Below, piece after piece: positions 23,782 to 36,243 of a stretch of 64,000 nt of DNA. The stretch's first letter is position 1. Each line of letters starts with the position of its first letter. Position numbers and translations under genes: made by a program. The stretch is from Malacoraja senta (taxonomy: Eukaryota), in the NCBI GenBank assembly GCA_038087875.1, contig CM075995.1, positions 9,178,001 to 9,242,000 on the forward strand. The letters run 5' to 3'. The notes beneath the pieces were generated by a model. It was not told the DNA's origin. It saw only the letters and a list, made by a program, of their open reading frames with translations, and did no database searches.

Positions 23782-25030
23782 GTAAGTACCCAACTGCTGT
23801 GCTGAAATTTGCCAAAGGACACTTTTGAAGTATTGTGTGCTGTTTTGGTCTCCTAATTTGAGGAAGGACATCCTTGCTCTTGAGGCAGTGCAGCGTAGGT
23901 TCACCAGGTTAATCCCCGGGATGGCGGGACATGTCATATGAGAAAAGATTGGAAAGACTGGGCTTGTATTCACTGGAATTTAAAAGAATGAAAGGGGATC
24001 TTATAGAAACATATAAAATTATAAAAGGACTGGGCAAGCTGGATGCAGGAAAAATGTTCCCAATGTTGGGCGAGTCCAGAACCAGGGGCCACACGCAGTC
24101 TTAGAATAAAGGGGAGGCCATTTAAGACTGAGGTGAGAAAAAACTTTTCCTCCCAGAGAGTTGTGAATTTGTGGAATTCCCTGCCACAGAGGGCAGTGGA
24201 GGCCAAGTCACTGGATGGATTTAAGAGAGAGTTAGATAGAGCTCTAGGGGCTAGTGGAATCGAGGGATATGGGGAGAAGGCAGGCACGGGTTATTGATTG
24301 GGGATGATCACAATGAATGGCGGTGCTGGCTCGAAGGGCATTCAGATCATTCAGAGTGCTCAGAAACACTTTCTTCCCAGCTGTTATCGGGCAACTGGGT
24401 GGCACGGTGGCGCAGCGTTAGAGCTACTGCCTTACAGCGCCAGGTATAATCCTGACTACGGGCGCTGTCTGTACGGAGTTTGCACGTTCTCTCCGTGACC
24501 TGCGTGGGTTTTCTCCGAGATCTTCTGTTTCCTCCCACACTCCAAAGACGTACAAGTTTGTAATTTAATTGGCTTTGTTATAAATGTTTTTTTTTTTTAT
24601 TGTCCCTGGCGTGTAAGTAGGATAATGTTACTGTGCGAGGATCGATGGTTGGAGAGGACCCGGTGGGCCCTAGGTCCTGTATCTGCACTGTATCTCCAAA
24701 CTAAACTAGTGTGCTGCCATTTTGGTACAGGACATGTTTGAAGAAGGGCCCTGATCCATTCAGAGAGCGTTCTGAGACCGTTTCTTCCCCGCTGTTATCA
24801 GGCAACAGTGTAAAGAAGTTGGAAGGTCATGTTGCAGTTATACAAGACGTTGGTGAGGTTTCATCTAGAGTATTGTGTTCAGTTCTGGGCACCATGTTAT
24901 AGGAAAGATGTCGTCAAGCTGGAAAGGCTTCAGAGAAGATTTACGAGGATGTTGCCAGGGCTCGAGGGCCTGAGCTACAGGGAGAGGTTGAGAAGGCTGG
25001 GACTCTGTTCCTTGGAGCGTAGGAGGATGA

Positions 25031-25350
25031 CGGGCCTGTCCCACTTGCGCGACTTTTTCGGCAACTGCCAGCACCCGTCTTAGGTCGTTGCAGGTCTCCG
25101 AAAATGTTCAACAGGTTGAAAATCCAGCGGCGACCAGAACAAGGTACGACTCTTTGGGCGACTACTCACGACCATACAGGCTTCACCCCGCGACATGTGG
25201 CCTGTACGGTCGTGAGTCGTCTCCTCAGTCGCCCAAAGAGTCGTAGCGTCTTTCTGGTCCCCGCTGGATTTTCAACATGTTGAATATTTTCAGCGACCTA
25301 TGACGGGTGCCGGCAGTCGCCGAAAAAGTCGCGTAAGTGGGACAGGCCCC
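25031..25350. mobile_element. PIF/Harbinger-like MITE inserted in a CR1 fragment
   Basis: GGGCCTGTCCCACTT TIRs with TGA TSD. Excision restores CR1 'RRRMRGDL'. Confidence 0.88.
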
Positions 25351-25853
25351 TGAGGGGTGATCTTCTAGAGGTGTACAAAATCATGAGAGGAATAGATCGG
25401 GTAGACGCACAGAGTCTCTTGCCCAGAGTAGGGGAATCGAGGACCAGAGGACACAGGTTTAAGGTTAACGGGGAAAGATTTTATAGGAGTCTGAGGGGGT
25501 AGTTTAGAGATACAGCACGGAAACAGGCCCTTCGGCTCACTGGGTCCATGCCGACGTGCCCACACCAGCCAACATGACTGGGCCGATTAACCCACAAACC
25601 TGCACGTCTTTGGAATGTGGGAGAAAACCGGAGCACCCGGAGAAAGCCCACACAGGTCGCGGGGAGAACGTACAAACTCCATACAGGCAGCACCCAAGAT
25701 CAGGATCGAACCTGGGTCTCTGGCGCTGAGAGGCAGCAGCTCTACCGTTGCACCACCCGATGAAATAAGTAAATGCAGTTGGTTTTTGTAAGAAATAACA
25801 AGCAGGGTAACATTATGACTGAATTTCATTGTCTATCTCTTCTTTTATACAAG

Positions 25854-25905
25854 GCAGAGTGTTTTTGATTTTGAACTGGCGTCTGATTCAGCGGAGAAAC
25901 TCCAG
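25854..25905 (+). CDS. SYCP2L: SYCP2L-like exon (Q-QSVFDFELASDSAEKLQ)
   Basis: tcttttatacaag|G...CAG|gtgagc; 52 nt, phase 2 to 0, consistent with its neighbours. Confidence 0.75.
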
Positions 25906-26146
25906 GTGAGCAGAAAATTAATGAATGATTACTTTAATGGAGCGGCTGGGCTTGTATATTCTGGAGTTTAGAAGGATGAGAGGGAATCTCATTGAAACAT
26001 ATAAGATTGTTAAGGGCTTGGACACACTAGAGGCAGGAAACATGTTCCCGATGTTGGGGGAGTCCAGAACCAGGGGCCACAGTTTAAGAATAAGAGGTAA
26101 GAAATTTAGAATGGAGATGAGGAAACACATTTTCACACAGTCATGA

Positions 26147-26472
26147 TGGCCCTGTCCCACTATACAAGTTCATTCCAAGAGCTCTCCAGAGTTAAAAAAA
26201 AAAAAAAATCGAACTCGTGGTAAACACGGAGAATGAACGTAGCGGATACGTCGGAGCTCGGGGACGTCTCTTAGCGCTAACGGCAGGTACTCAGGAAGAC
26301 TCGCTAACAGCAGGTAAGCTCGGGAAGACTCGTGAAGATTTTTCAACATGTTGAAGAATGTCCACGAGAGCCCCGAGTACCGACGAGCGGCCATTACCGT
26401 AAATCTCCAAGTTCGAATCGGGGCAAACTCGGGAGAGCTCTTGGAATGAACTCATAACGTGGGACAGGGCCA
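26147..26472. mobile_element. PIF/Harbinger-like MITE inserted in a CR1 fragment
   Basis: TGGCCCTGTCCCAC...GTGGGACAGGGCCA with extended inverted subterminal arms; TGA/TTA flanks. Confidence 0.8.
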
Positions 26473-26896
26473 TTAGTCTGTGGAATTCTCTGCCTCGGTG
26501 GGCTGTGGAGGCCGGTTCTCTGGATACTTTCAAGAGAGAGCTAGATAGGCCTCTTAAAGATGGCGGAGTCAGGGGATATGGGGAGAAGGCAGGAACGGGG
26601 TACTGATTGTGGATGATCAGCAATGGTCACATTGAATGGCGGTGCTGGCTCGAAGGGCCGAATGGCCTACTCCTGTATCTATTGTCTGGCGGTGCTGGCT
26701 TGTATGGGTCAAATGGCCTACTCCTGCACCTATTGTCCTCTCCACATCCACCCTATCCAGGCCTTTGACTATTCGGTAAATTTCAGTGATTTCTAATGTC
26801 TGAAAGGTTTCATGTTTTCTGGATAATTATACTGGATGAAACGGAATGGCCAGCGTTCTGTTTGAAACGTTGCATCGTTGTCTGCTGTGATCACAG

Positions 26897-26961
26897 GTCC
26901 GGACGAGCAAACGGAAATTCCTCGGGAAGAAAGGTTCTCGGAAGGACAAAATGCAAAGCCT
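26897..26961 (+). CDS. SYCP2L: SYCP2L-like basic exon (VRTSKRKFLGKKGSRKDKMQS)
   Basis: tcacag|GTC...CCT|gtaagt; 65 nt, phase 0 to 2. Lys/Arg-rich, NLS-like. Confidence 0.7.
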
Positions 26962-27499
26962 GTAAGTCACGTGACGTTGTTCAGTTCTCTCTGGTTCAAT
27001 GGTGCTTCTGTGGCCGTGTGTGGAAAGTGCTGACACGGTGAAATTCTCCCGTGCAAACACTCCCGAGTTGCCAAGTGTAGAACACTAGCATAAGTGTGCA
27101 GAAATAGATGTTGCCTGGACTCGAGGGGCCTGAGCTACAGGGAGACGTTCAGCAGGCTGGGTCTCTATTCCATGGAGCGCAGGAGGATGAGGGGGTGATC
27201 TTATAGAGGTGTACAAAATCATGAGGGGAATAGATCGGGTAGATGCACAGATTCTCTTGCCCCAGAGTAGGAGAATCGAGGACCAGAGGACATAGGTTCA
27301 AGATTTAAAAGATAGGACGGGGTAGATGCAGGAAAAATGTTCCCGATGTTGGGGGAGTTCAGAACCAGAGGTCAGTCACAGTTTAAGAATATGGGGTAGG
27401 CCATTTGGGACTGAGATGAGTCTGTGGAATTCTCTGCCTCAGAGGGCGGTGGAGGCCGGTTCTCTGGATACATTCAAGAGGGAGCTTGATAGGGCTCTT

Positions 27500-27817
27500 A
27501 TTCCATGCAAATTTGGCACAGAGACTCTCAACGCTTCCGACGCCCCGGGACTCTTGCACTGAGGCTGCAGCGAGCGACTCGCCAGCCCGGCAAACCCTCG
27601 CCAGCCCCGGCTCCCCATCCGCATCTGTCCCTGCCTCTGCTTCCATCCCTTCCTCAGCCCCGGCTCTCCAACAACCGCGGCCCATGCAGTTGGTATTAGT
27701 TTTAAAGTTCTCGTTGATCACAGAATTTCTTACGACAGAGCGTGATCAGCGTGAGAGCGTGAGAATTTGGCGAAATGCGTGATTCTCACGCTCAATGCGA
27801 GAGAGTTGGCAGCTCTG
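27500..27817. mobile_element. hAT-like DNA transposon end
   Basis: Terminal GAGAGTTGGCAGCTCTG (reverse CAGAGCTGCCAACTCTC) with GCGTGAG subterminal repeats. Confidence 0.5.
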
Positions 27818-28015
27818 CTCCAGCACTCTGTGAAATGTCACCTGTCCATGCTCTCCACAGATGCTGCCTGACCCGCTGAGTTACTCCAGCACTCTGACTA
27901 ACTTTTAGCAAAGAATGATGGTGTTTCAACTCATCATTGATGGTTTTAAATTTCTTTTGAAAATGATGTCGCTAATAATCAGTTTATTGAGGTTGTCCTA
28001 AATTTCATCTTTCAG

Positions 28016-28064
28016 AAAAGTGGCTCCGACGAGCAGGAAAAGTAGCAGAAGTGAGAAAGTGATG
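28016..28064 (+). CDS. SYCP2L: SYCP2L-like exon (L-KVAPTSRKSSRSEKVM)
   Basis: catctttcag|A, phase 2 start. Donor is ATG|gtatga (28064) or alternatively GAA|gtgaga (28050). Confidence 0.65.
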
Positions 28065-28727
28065 GTATGATGTTATTAATGATGGTGTAATGTAACTAAT
28101 GATGGTATGATGTAACTAATGATGGTATGATGTAACTAATGATGGTATGATGTAACTAATGATGATATGATGCGATTGGTGATGGTATGAAGTAACTAAT
28201 GATATGATGTAATTAATGATGGTATGATGTAACTAATGATGGTATGATGTAACTAATGGTGGTATGATGTAACTAATGGTGGTATGATGTAACTAATGAT
28301 GGTATGATGTAACTAATGGTGGTATGATGTAACTAATGATGGTATGATGTAACTAATGATGGTATGATGTAACTAATGGTGGTATGATGTAACTAATGGT
28401 GGTATGATGTAACTAATGGTGGTATGATGTAACTAATGGTGGTATGATGTAACTAATGATGGTATGATGTAACTAATGGTGGTATGATGTAACTAATGAT
28501 GGTATGATGTAACTAATGATGGTATGATGTAACTAATGGTGGTATGATGTAACTAATGGTGGTATGATGTAACTAATGATGGTATGATGTAACTAATGAT
28601 GGTATGATGTAACTAATGGTGGTATGATGTAACTAATGGTGGTATGATGTAACTAATGGTGGTGTGATGTAACTAATGGTGGTATGATGTAACTAATGGT
28701 GGTATGATGTAATTAATGATGGTATGA
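28061..28727 (+). repeat. 20-bp minisatellite (GRTGGTATGATGTAACTAAT) x ~33
   Basis: Direct inspection; begins at the exon/intron junction at 28064. Confidence 0.95.
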
Positions 28728-29159
28728 CACGGCAATGAACTATGGCAATAGACAATAGGTGCAGGAGTAGGCCATTCGGCCCTTCGAGCCAGCACCGCCA
28801 TTCAATGTGATCATGGCTGATCATCCCCAATCAGTACCCCGTTCCTGCCTTCTCCCCATATCCCCTGACCGCTATTTTTAAGAGCCCTATCTAGCTCTCT
28901 CTTGAAAGCATCCAGAGAACCGGCCTCCACCGCCCTCAGAGAATTCCACAGACTCACCTCTCTCTGAGAAAAAGTGTTTCCTCGTCTCAGTTGTAAATGG
29001 CTTACTCCTTATTCTTAAACTGTGGCCCCTGGTTCTGGACTCCCCCAACATCGGGAACATGTTTCCCGCCTCTAGTGTGTCCATTTGGTTGAAAGGATGG
29101 CAGCGGTGTAAACTAAACTGGCCAGCACGTTGTACGAGGACACGCTGGGGGAGGGTAGA

Positions 29160-30562
29160 TACATAGATACATAGAAAATAGGTGCAGGAGTAGGCCATTC
29201 GGCCCTTCGAGCCTGCACCGCCATTCAATATGATCATGGCTGATCATCCAACTTAGTATCCCGTACCTGCCTTCTCTCCATACCCCCTGATCCCTTTAGC
29301 CACAAGGGCCACATCTAACTCCCTCTTAAATATAGCCAATGAACTGGCCTCAACTACCCTCTGTGGCAGAGAGTTCCAGAGATTCACCACTCTCTGTGTG
29401 AAAAAGTTTTTCCTCATCTCGGTCTTAAAGGATTTCCCCCTTATCCTTAAGCTGTGACCCCTTGTCCTGGACTTCCCCAACATCGGGAACAATCTTCCTG
29501 CATCTAGCCTGTCCAACCCCATAAGAATTTTGTACGTTTCTATAAGATCCCCTCTCAATCTCCTAAATTCTAGCGAGTATAAGCCAAGTCTATCCAGTCT
29601 TTCTTCATATGAAAGTCCTGACATCCCAGGAATCAGTCTGGTGAACCTTCTCTGCACTCCCTCTATGGCTATAATGTCCTTCCTCAGATTTGGAGACCAA
29701 AACTGTACGCAATACTCCAGGTGTGGTCTCACCAAGACCCTGTACAACTGCAGTAGAACCTCCCTGCTCCTATACTCAAATCCTCTTGCTATGAAGGCCA
29801 ACATACCATTCGCTTTCTTCACTGCCTGCTGCACCTGCATGCCTACTTTCAATGACTGGTGTACCATGACACCCAGGTCTCGCTGCATCTCCCCATTTCC
29901 TAATCGGCCACCATTTAGATAATAGTCTGCCTTCCTTCCCGTTTTTGCCACCAAAGTGGATAACCTCACATTTATCCACATTATACTGCATCTGCCAAAC
30001 ATTTGCCCACTCACCCCAGCCTATCCAAGTCACCTTGCAGTCTCCAGCATCCTCCTCACAGCTAACACTGCCCCCCAGCTTAGTGTCATCCGCAAACTTG
30101 GAGATGTTGCTTTCAATTCCCTCGTCCAGATCATTAATATAAATTGTAAATAGCTGGGGTCCCAGCACTGAGCCTTGCGGTACCCCACTAGTCACTGCCT
30201 TCCATTGTGAAAAGGACCCGTTTACTCCTACTCTTTGCTTCCTGTTTGCCAGCCAGTTCTCTATCCACATCAATACTGAACCCCCAATACCGTGTGATTT
30301 AAGTTTGTATCCTAATCTCTTATGTGGTACCTTGTCGAAAGCCTTCTGAAAGTCCAGATACAACACATCCACTGGATCTCCCCTATCCACTCTACTAGTT
30401 ACATCCTCGAAAAATTCTATAGATTCGTCAGACACGATTTACCTTTCGTAAATCCATGCTGACTTTGTCCAATGAATTCACCACTTTCCAAATGTGCTGC
30501 TATCCCATCTTTAATAACTGACTCTAGCAGTTTCCCCACTACCGATGTTAGACTAACTGGTC
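29160..30562 (-). mobile_element. 5'-truncated CR1-like LINE with RT domain
   Basis: ORFs 29776-30435 and 29253-30014 (FADD motif, C-terminus) with several frameshifts. Confidence 0.93.
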
Positions 30563-30787
30563 TGTTTCCCGCCTCTAGTGTGTCCATTTGGTTGAAAGGA
30601 TGGCAGCGGTGTAAACTAAACTGGCCCAGCACGTTGTACGAGGACACGCTGGGGGAGGGTAGAGGCATCTCTGAATAGTTTAGCGCTAGATGTTCACATT
30701 TGTACCCGTGAGTCACGACGGCGCAGCGGTAGAGTTGCTGCCTCACAGCGCCAGAGACTCGAGTTCGATCCTGACTATGGGTGCTGT

Positions 30788-30987
30788 NNNNNNNNNNNNN
30801 NNNNNNNNNNNNNNNNNNNNNNNNNNNNNNNNNNNNNNNNNNNNNNNNNNNNNNNNNNNNNNNNNNNNNNNNNNNNNNNNNNNNNNNNNNNNNNNNNNNN
30901 NNNNNNNNNNNNNNNNNNNNNNNNNNNNNNNNNNNNNNNNNNNNNNNNNNNNNNNNNNNNNNNNNNNNNNNNNNNNNNNNNNNNNNN
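30788..30987. other. Assembly gap (200 N)
   Basis: Run of N. Confidence 1.
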
Positions 30988-31120
30988 AAGGGATATGGGG
31001 AGAAGGCAGGCACGGGTTATTGATAGGGGACGATCAGCCATGATCACAATGAATGGTGGTGCTGGCTCGAAGGGCCGAATGGCCTCCTGCACATATTTTC
31101 TATGTTTCTATGTTTCTATG

Positions 31121-32970
31121 TCTCTATAATCTCTTTTTTTCAAATCCCATTGCACTTAGCTCCGGTGTCTAATTTAACATAAACTTTCAGTCCGTTAATA
31201 AGGAGAGTGACCCTGGGATCTTGGTGTTTACGAGACGGGTCCGACAAAGAATATGTTGATATCCAAATTGTCATTAGCAGACAGTATGTCCTCGTGATTC
31301 TGAACAGCATCTGGGGACTCATCTGAGAAGGTTTCGGAGCCACGCTCCCATGGTTGAGCAAGTTGCCGGATTGCTTTGTTTGGACTCTGTTTCCAGCCGA
31401 CCGACGACAGCGGTAAAAAATGGCTCCTTCGTTTACAGAATTGGCAAAACTTTCAAAAGTGGGACAACATTCATGGATTGCAAACATGCGTACCTCCCAC
31501 AGTTCACACAGTCGTGGATGAGCTTAGCAACAGTTCTCCCGGGCACCTGTGAAAACTGCCGCTGATCTTGATAGATGGTGACGGCAACATTAACATCATA
31601 GGCAGAATGGGGACCCTGCCCCAACGATCTGGTCTGAGTATCGGTCATTTCGGCAATGTGACAGCGGTTTTCAGCAGTCTCCAGAGTGAGTTCAGTATCA
31701 CGCAGAGGTTCATCACACAGCTTATCATTGAGAATTCCATAGACCAGTCTGTCTCTTATCAAACTGTCGCACAAATTTTTAAAGCTCACACCTACTGGCG
31801 ATGTGTTTCAAAGCACTGACGTACGCTTCCACAGTTTCACTGCGCCTCTGGCTTAGCAAGAAAAATTGATGGCGCTCCATCACGAGGTTAATGCGTAACT
31901 CAAATAGCTGTCCGTTAAGCAGGCACTCAGGGTCTTGAATACATTCAGCTGGAACAATCAGGACTCCCGCAGCATTAAACTGCGCCAGTTCATAATGAAA
32001 TCTCCTGGCGCATCGAGCAACTTCTGTGCCGGCCAGGTCGAGGAGAATGGAAGCACGAACGTCTGGAGCCGGGGCAGCGTGCGCCGCATGCACCTACACA
32101 GTGAAATCCTCTTCAAAGATGCGCCAACGCTCAGCGAGGTCGCCATTGAGAAGGTTGTTGGCTGCAACCTTCCCTCCATTGATGAACTGTACACTGCAAG
32201 GGCCAGGAAGCGAGCGGGCAAGATCATCTCTGACCCCTCTCACCCTGGCCACAAACTCTTTGAATCATTTCCCTCTGGAAGGCGACTCCGGACTGTCAAA
32301 GCTGCCACAGCCAGACACAAAAACAGTTTTTTATCCACGAGTAGTTGCTCTACTCAACAGCCCAAAATCTGTAGCCTCCCTTTGATCTGGTATTTTGTTG
32401 GTTCACATGCTTGATCAATGTGTTTTATCATTAATGTTTTATTATCATTAATGTTTAATGTTTTCTGAGTCATTCGTAACTGTCACTATGTCATGTTGTT
32501 ACTGTGGGCGGAGCACCAAGGCAAATTCCTTGTATGTGAAAACTTAGCCAATAAACTTACTTACTTACGTTGAACACCAAAGGCTTTGGCTTTCGAAGCG
32601 CTGATGACACGGTAAAAACACAAACTGAACAACAAATCCATAAATAAACGTCAAGCGACTATGCGAGGAGAAGCTTCTGACACCATGTTGAAAGAATGGC
32701 CAGACTCACACACAGTGAATAGAATCCAGAGTCTTTATTAGCAACTCTGCAGGAGAAACACAGCTGTGCTTTCTCTAAGGTGGACAAAAATGCTGGAGAA
32801 ACTCAGTGGGTGGAGGCAGCATCGATGGAGCGAAGGAAATAGGCGACGTTTTGGGTCGAGACCCTTCTTCAGACCCTTCTTTCTACAAGCATGCTTACTA
32901 TTAATCTCCCAGAGAGAGAACTCTAATAAGCCTGTGGGCTGAGCCACAGTATGACTGACACTAATCTAGA
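31121..32970 (-). mobile_element. Degenerate Ty3/Gypsy LTR retrotransposon: 5' LTR, PBS, gag, start of protease
   Basis: LTR end ...ACA then TGGTGTCAGAAG (32674-32685, tRNA-Leu-type PBS). Gag 'GDLAERWRIFEEDF','LIRDRLVYGI', Cys/His knuckle; protease 'VKLDTGAKCN'. Interrupted by Rex1 and Penelope pieces. Confidence 0.85.
32144..32567 (+). mobile_element. Rex1/Babar-like LINE 3' fragment nested in gag
   Basis: 'LPSIDELYTARARKRAGKIISDPSHPGHKLF..PSGRR'; (ACTT)n tail. Confidence 0.8.
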
Positions 32971-33142
32971 CTTGGTATAAATGTAAATTGTCCCGTGTGT
33001 GTAGGATAGTGCTCGTGTGCGGGGATCGCGGGTCGGTGCGGACTCCGAAGGGCCTGTTCCGTGCTGTTTCTCTAAACTAAATTAAATTTATTTTTAGTTT
33101 GCATTCTGCTGAGTGATTGACCGAGTTCTTATTTGTGGAAAG

Positions 33143-33243
33143 GTTGCAGAAATTGAGGGCATTTGAGGTGATGATGACCAAGGAACTGAAGAACCTGGAG
33201 GAGGACCTGCACCACACTGAGCAACATGGAGGAAGAGAATCTG
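33143..33243 (+). CDS. SYCP2L: SYCP2L-like C-terminal coiled-coil exon (R-LQKLRAFEVMMTKELKNLEEDL..TLSNMEEENL) with apparent +1 insertion
   Basis: ggaaag|G...CTG|gtaggt. Resembles the family 'R..KL..F......EL....D...L..LE.E' segment only if one base near 33213 is removed. Confidence 0.8.
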
Positions 33244-33766
33244 GTAGGTGATCAACAAAATAAACCGTGCCGGAGGAACTCAGCGGGTCAGGCAGCATCT
33301 GTGGAGAACATGGATAGGCGGACGTTTCACAGAGTGCTGGAGTAACTCAGCGGGTCAGGCAGCATCTGTGCAGAAAAGGAATGGGTGACGTTTCGGGTCG
33401 GGACCCTTCTTCTGACTGAAAGTAGAGGGGAGGCAACTGGTGGTAGGAAAAGGCCAGAGCAAATCGGGGCCGGCAACAGATGCCCAAGGAAGGGTGGAGC
33501 CCACAATGGTCCATTGTTGGCTGGGGAAGAGGTGATAATGAGAGGGATGTGAACTGTGGAACTGGGTGGGTAATTAGGATGGGGGGGTGGGGGGGAGGGG
33601 GGGAGAGAGGGGAGGGAATGGATAGAGAATTGGCTTCACAGAAAGGAGCAGAGGGTGATGATGGAAGTTTGTATTTTGGACTGTAGGCCTGTGACTGGTG
33701 GTGTGCCTCGGGGTTCAGCGCTGGGCCCCTATGGTTTATAGCACCGATTTTTGATCGTTGGGCCGA

Positions 33767-34098
33767 CAGGGGCGGTCACGGTGGCGCAGGGGTGAGAGTT
33801 GCTGCCTTACAGCGAATGTAGCGGCAGAGACCCGGGTTCGATCCCGACTACGGCCGCTGTCTGGACGGAGTTTGCACGTTCTCCCCGTGACCTGCGTGGG
33901 TTTTCTCTGAGGATCTTCGGTTTCCTCCCACACTCCAAAGAGGTTCAGGTTTGCAGGTTAATTGGCTTGGTGTAAAAGTAAAAATTGTCCCGTGGGTGTA
34001 GGATAGTGTTAATGTGCGGGGATCGCTGGTCGGCGCGGACCCGGTGGGCCGAAGGGCCTGTTTCCGATCTGTTTCTCTAAACTAAACTATAAACTAAA
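33767..34098 (+). mobile_element. Full-length V-SINE (HE1-like)
   Basis: tRNA-like head, V-domain, LINE-like tail GGGCCGAAGGGCCTGTTTCC and (TAAAC)n. Confidence 0.88.
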
Positions 34099-34117
34099 AA
34101 GACGAGATTGTACGAAG

Positions 34118-34808
34118 GAAGGTAGTCAAAAATGCTGGAGAAACTCAGCGGGTGAGGCAGCGTCTATGGAGTGAAGGAAATAGGCAACGTTTCGGGTCGA
34201 GACCCTTCTTCAGACTGATGTGAGGGTGGGGGGGGGGGGGGGGGAGGGGGAAGAAGAAAGAAGAAAGGAAGAGGTGAAGCCAGTGGGCTGAGGAGAGCTG
34301 GGAAGGAGGGAGAAAGCAGGATCTAACTGAAATTGGAGAAGTCAATGTTCATACCGCTGGGGTGTAAACTACCCAAGCGAAATATGAGGTGCTGCTCCTC
34401 CAAGTTACGGTGGGCCTCACTCTGGCTGTGGAGGAGGCCCAGGACAGAAAGGTCGGAGTCAAAGCGATGTCCTGCTGGTGCCGCGCATCGCAGCAGGAGT
34501 AGATCGTAGAGCGCAGAAGGAGAATTGGCATCTGTGGCGGCAGGTAGCCAGTCGGTATCTATAGTCCAGGTTGGGTCCGGACTGGGAGGTAGGGAACGGG
34601 AGCTGGAACCCATGAGGTGCAAGATGGAGGCGCAGGCAAGGCCCGAGAAGCAAACGTGGCTGTGGTACCGGGTCTGGGTTAGGATGTGGTCGTAGAGTTG
34701 GAGGGAAGGGGGAACCACAGAGGGGGGCAGTGAGGGAGGAGGTTGTTAAACTGTCTTCGGAGAGAGCAGGAGAACTTCTTCAAAGTAGGCATACCTTGAG
34801 GAGATTAC
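34118..34808 (-). mobile_element. Internally deleted Penelope-like element
   Basis: ORF 34323-34718 fuses a distinct upstream segment to the GIY-YIG tail 'DSDLSVLGLLH...LEEQHLIFRLGSLHPSGMNIDFSNF', followed by the terminal repeat. Confidence 0.7.
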
Positions 34809-35935
34809 GTTCAAAGCGAGGTCCAAGATGTGATTACTTTTGCAGATGACACAAGTGGGTGACATTGCAGATAGCGAAGAATAAAAAAAATTATGGAATA
34901 GACGGGTTAAATGCACAGTTTCTGACCCAGAATAGGGGAATTTGGGTTTCAGGTGAGATGGGAAAGACTTAATCGGAACATGAGGGGCAACTTTTTCGGA
35001 GGGTGGTGAGTGAGTGGAACGAGCTGCTGGAGGAAGTAGTTGAGGCAGGGACTAGTTTAGTTTGTCACGTGTAGTGAGGTACAGTGAAAATCTTTTGTTG
35101 CGTGCTATCCAGTCAGCGGAAAGACTGCAAATGATTACAATCGAGCCGTCCACGGTGTACCGATACAGGATCAAAGGAATAACGTATAATGCAAGGTAAA
35201 GTCTGATTTAAAGATAGTCCGAGGGTCTCCAATGAGGTAGACAGTAGTTCAGCACTCCTCTCTGGTTGTGGTAGGATGGTTCAGTTGCCCGATAACAGCT
35301 GGGAAGAAACTGTCCCTGAATCTGGAGGTGTGTGCGTTTGTTTCACACTTCTGTACCTCTTGCCTGATGGGAGAGGGGAGAGAAGGGAGTGTCTATAACA
35401 TTTCGTCCGGTATACATGGATGGGACAGGTTTGGAGGGATATGGGCCAAATGCAGCAGGTGCGACTTATGTAGTGTGACATGTCGGTCAGTGTGGGCAAG
35501 ATGGGCCGAAGGGCCTGTTTCCACGCTGTATGACTCCATGGCCTGCTGAGTTCCTCCAGCATTTTAACATTCATTCAGGATTAAAGAGAATTTCTCTCAT
35601 CTCCACCCTAAAAGAACGTCCTTTAATTATGAGGACTAGAGGGCACAGCCTCAGAATTAAAGGACATTCTTTTAGGGTGGAGATGAGGAGAATTTTCTTT
35701 AGTCAGAGGGTGGTGAATCTGTGGAATTCTTTGACACAGTAGGTCTGTGGAGGCCAAGTCAGTGGATATTTTTAAGGCAGAGATAGATAAATTCTTGATT
35801 AGTACGGGTGTCAGGGTTATGGGGAGAAGGCAGGAGAATGGGGTTAGGAGGGAGAGGTAGATCAGCCACGATTGAATGGCCTAATCCTGCTCTTGTTCCT
35901 TATGACCTTCTAATTGCCGCATTTGCTGACACATG

Positions 35936-36243
35936 ACAGCACGGTGGTGCAGCGGTAGAGCTGCTGCCTCACAGCGCCAGAGACCCGGGTTCCATCCCGA
36001 CTACGGGTGCTGTCTGTACGGAGTTTGCATGTTCTCCCCGTGACCTGCGTGGGTTTTCTCCGGGTGCTCCGGTTTCCTCCCACACTCCAAAGACGTGCAG
36101 GTTTGCAGGTTAATTGGCTTGGTGTAAATGTTTAAAAAAATTGTCCCCAGTGTGTGTAGGGTAGTGTTAGCGCACGGCGATCGCTGGTGGATGCGGACTC
36201 GGTGGGCCGAGGGCTTGTTTCCGCGCTGTATCTCTAAACTAAA
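35936..36243 (+). mobile_element. Full-length V-SINE (HE1-like)
   Basis: Same structure as 33767-34098. Confidence 0.88.
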
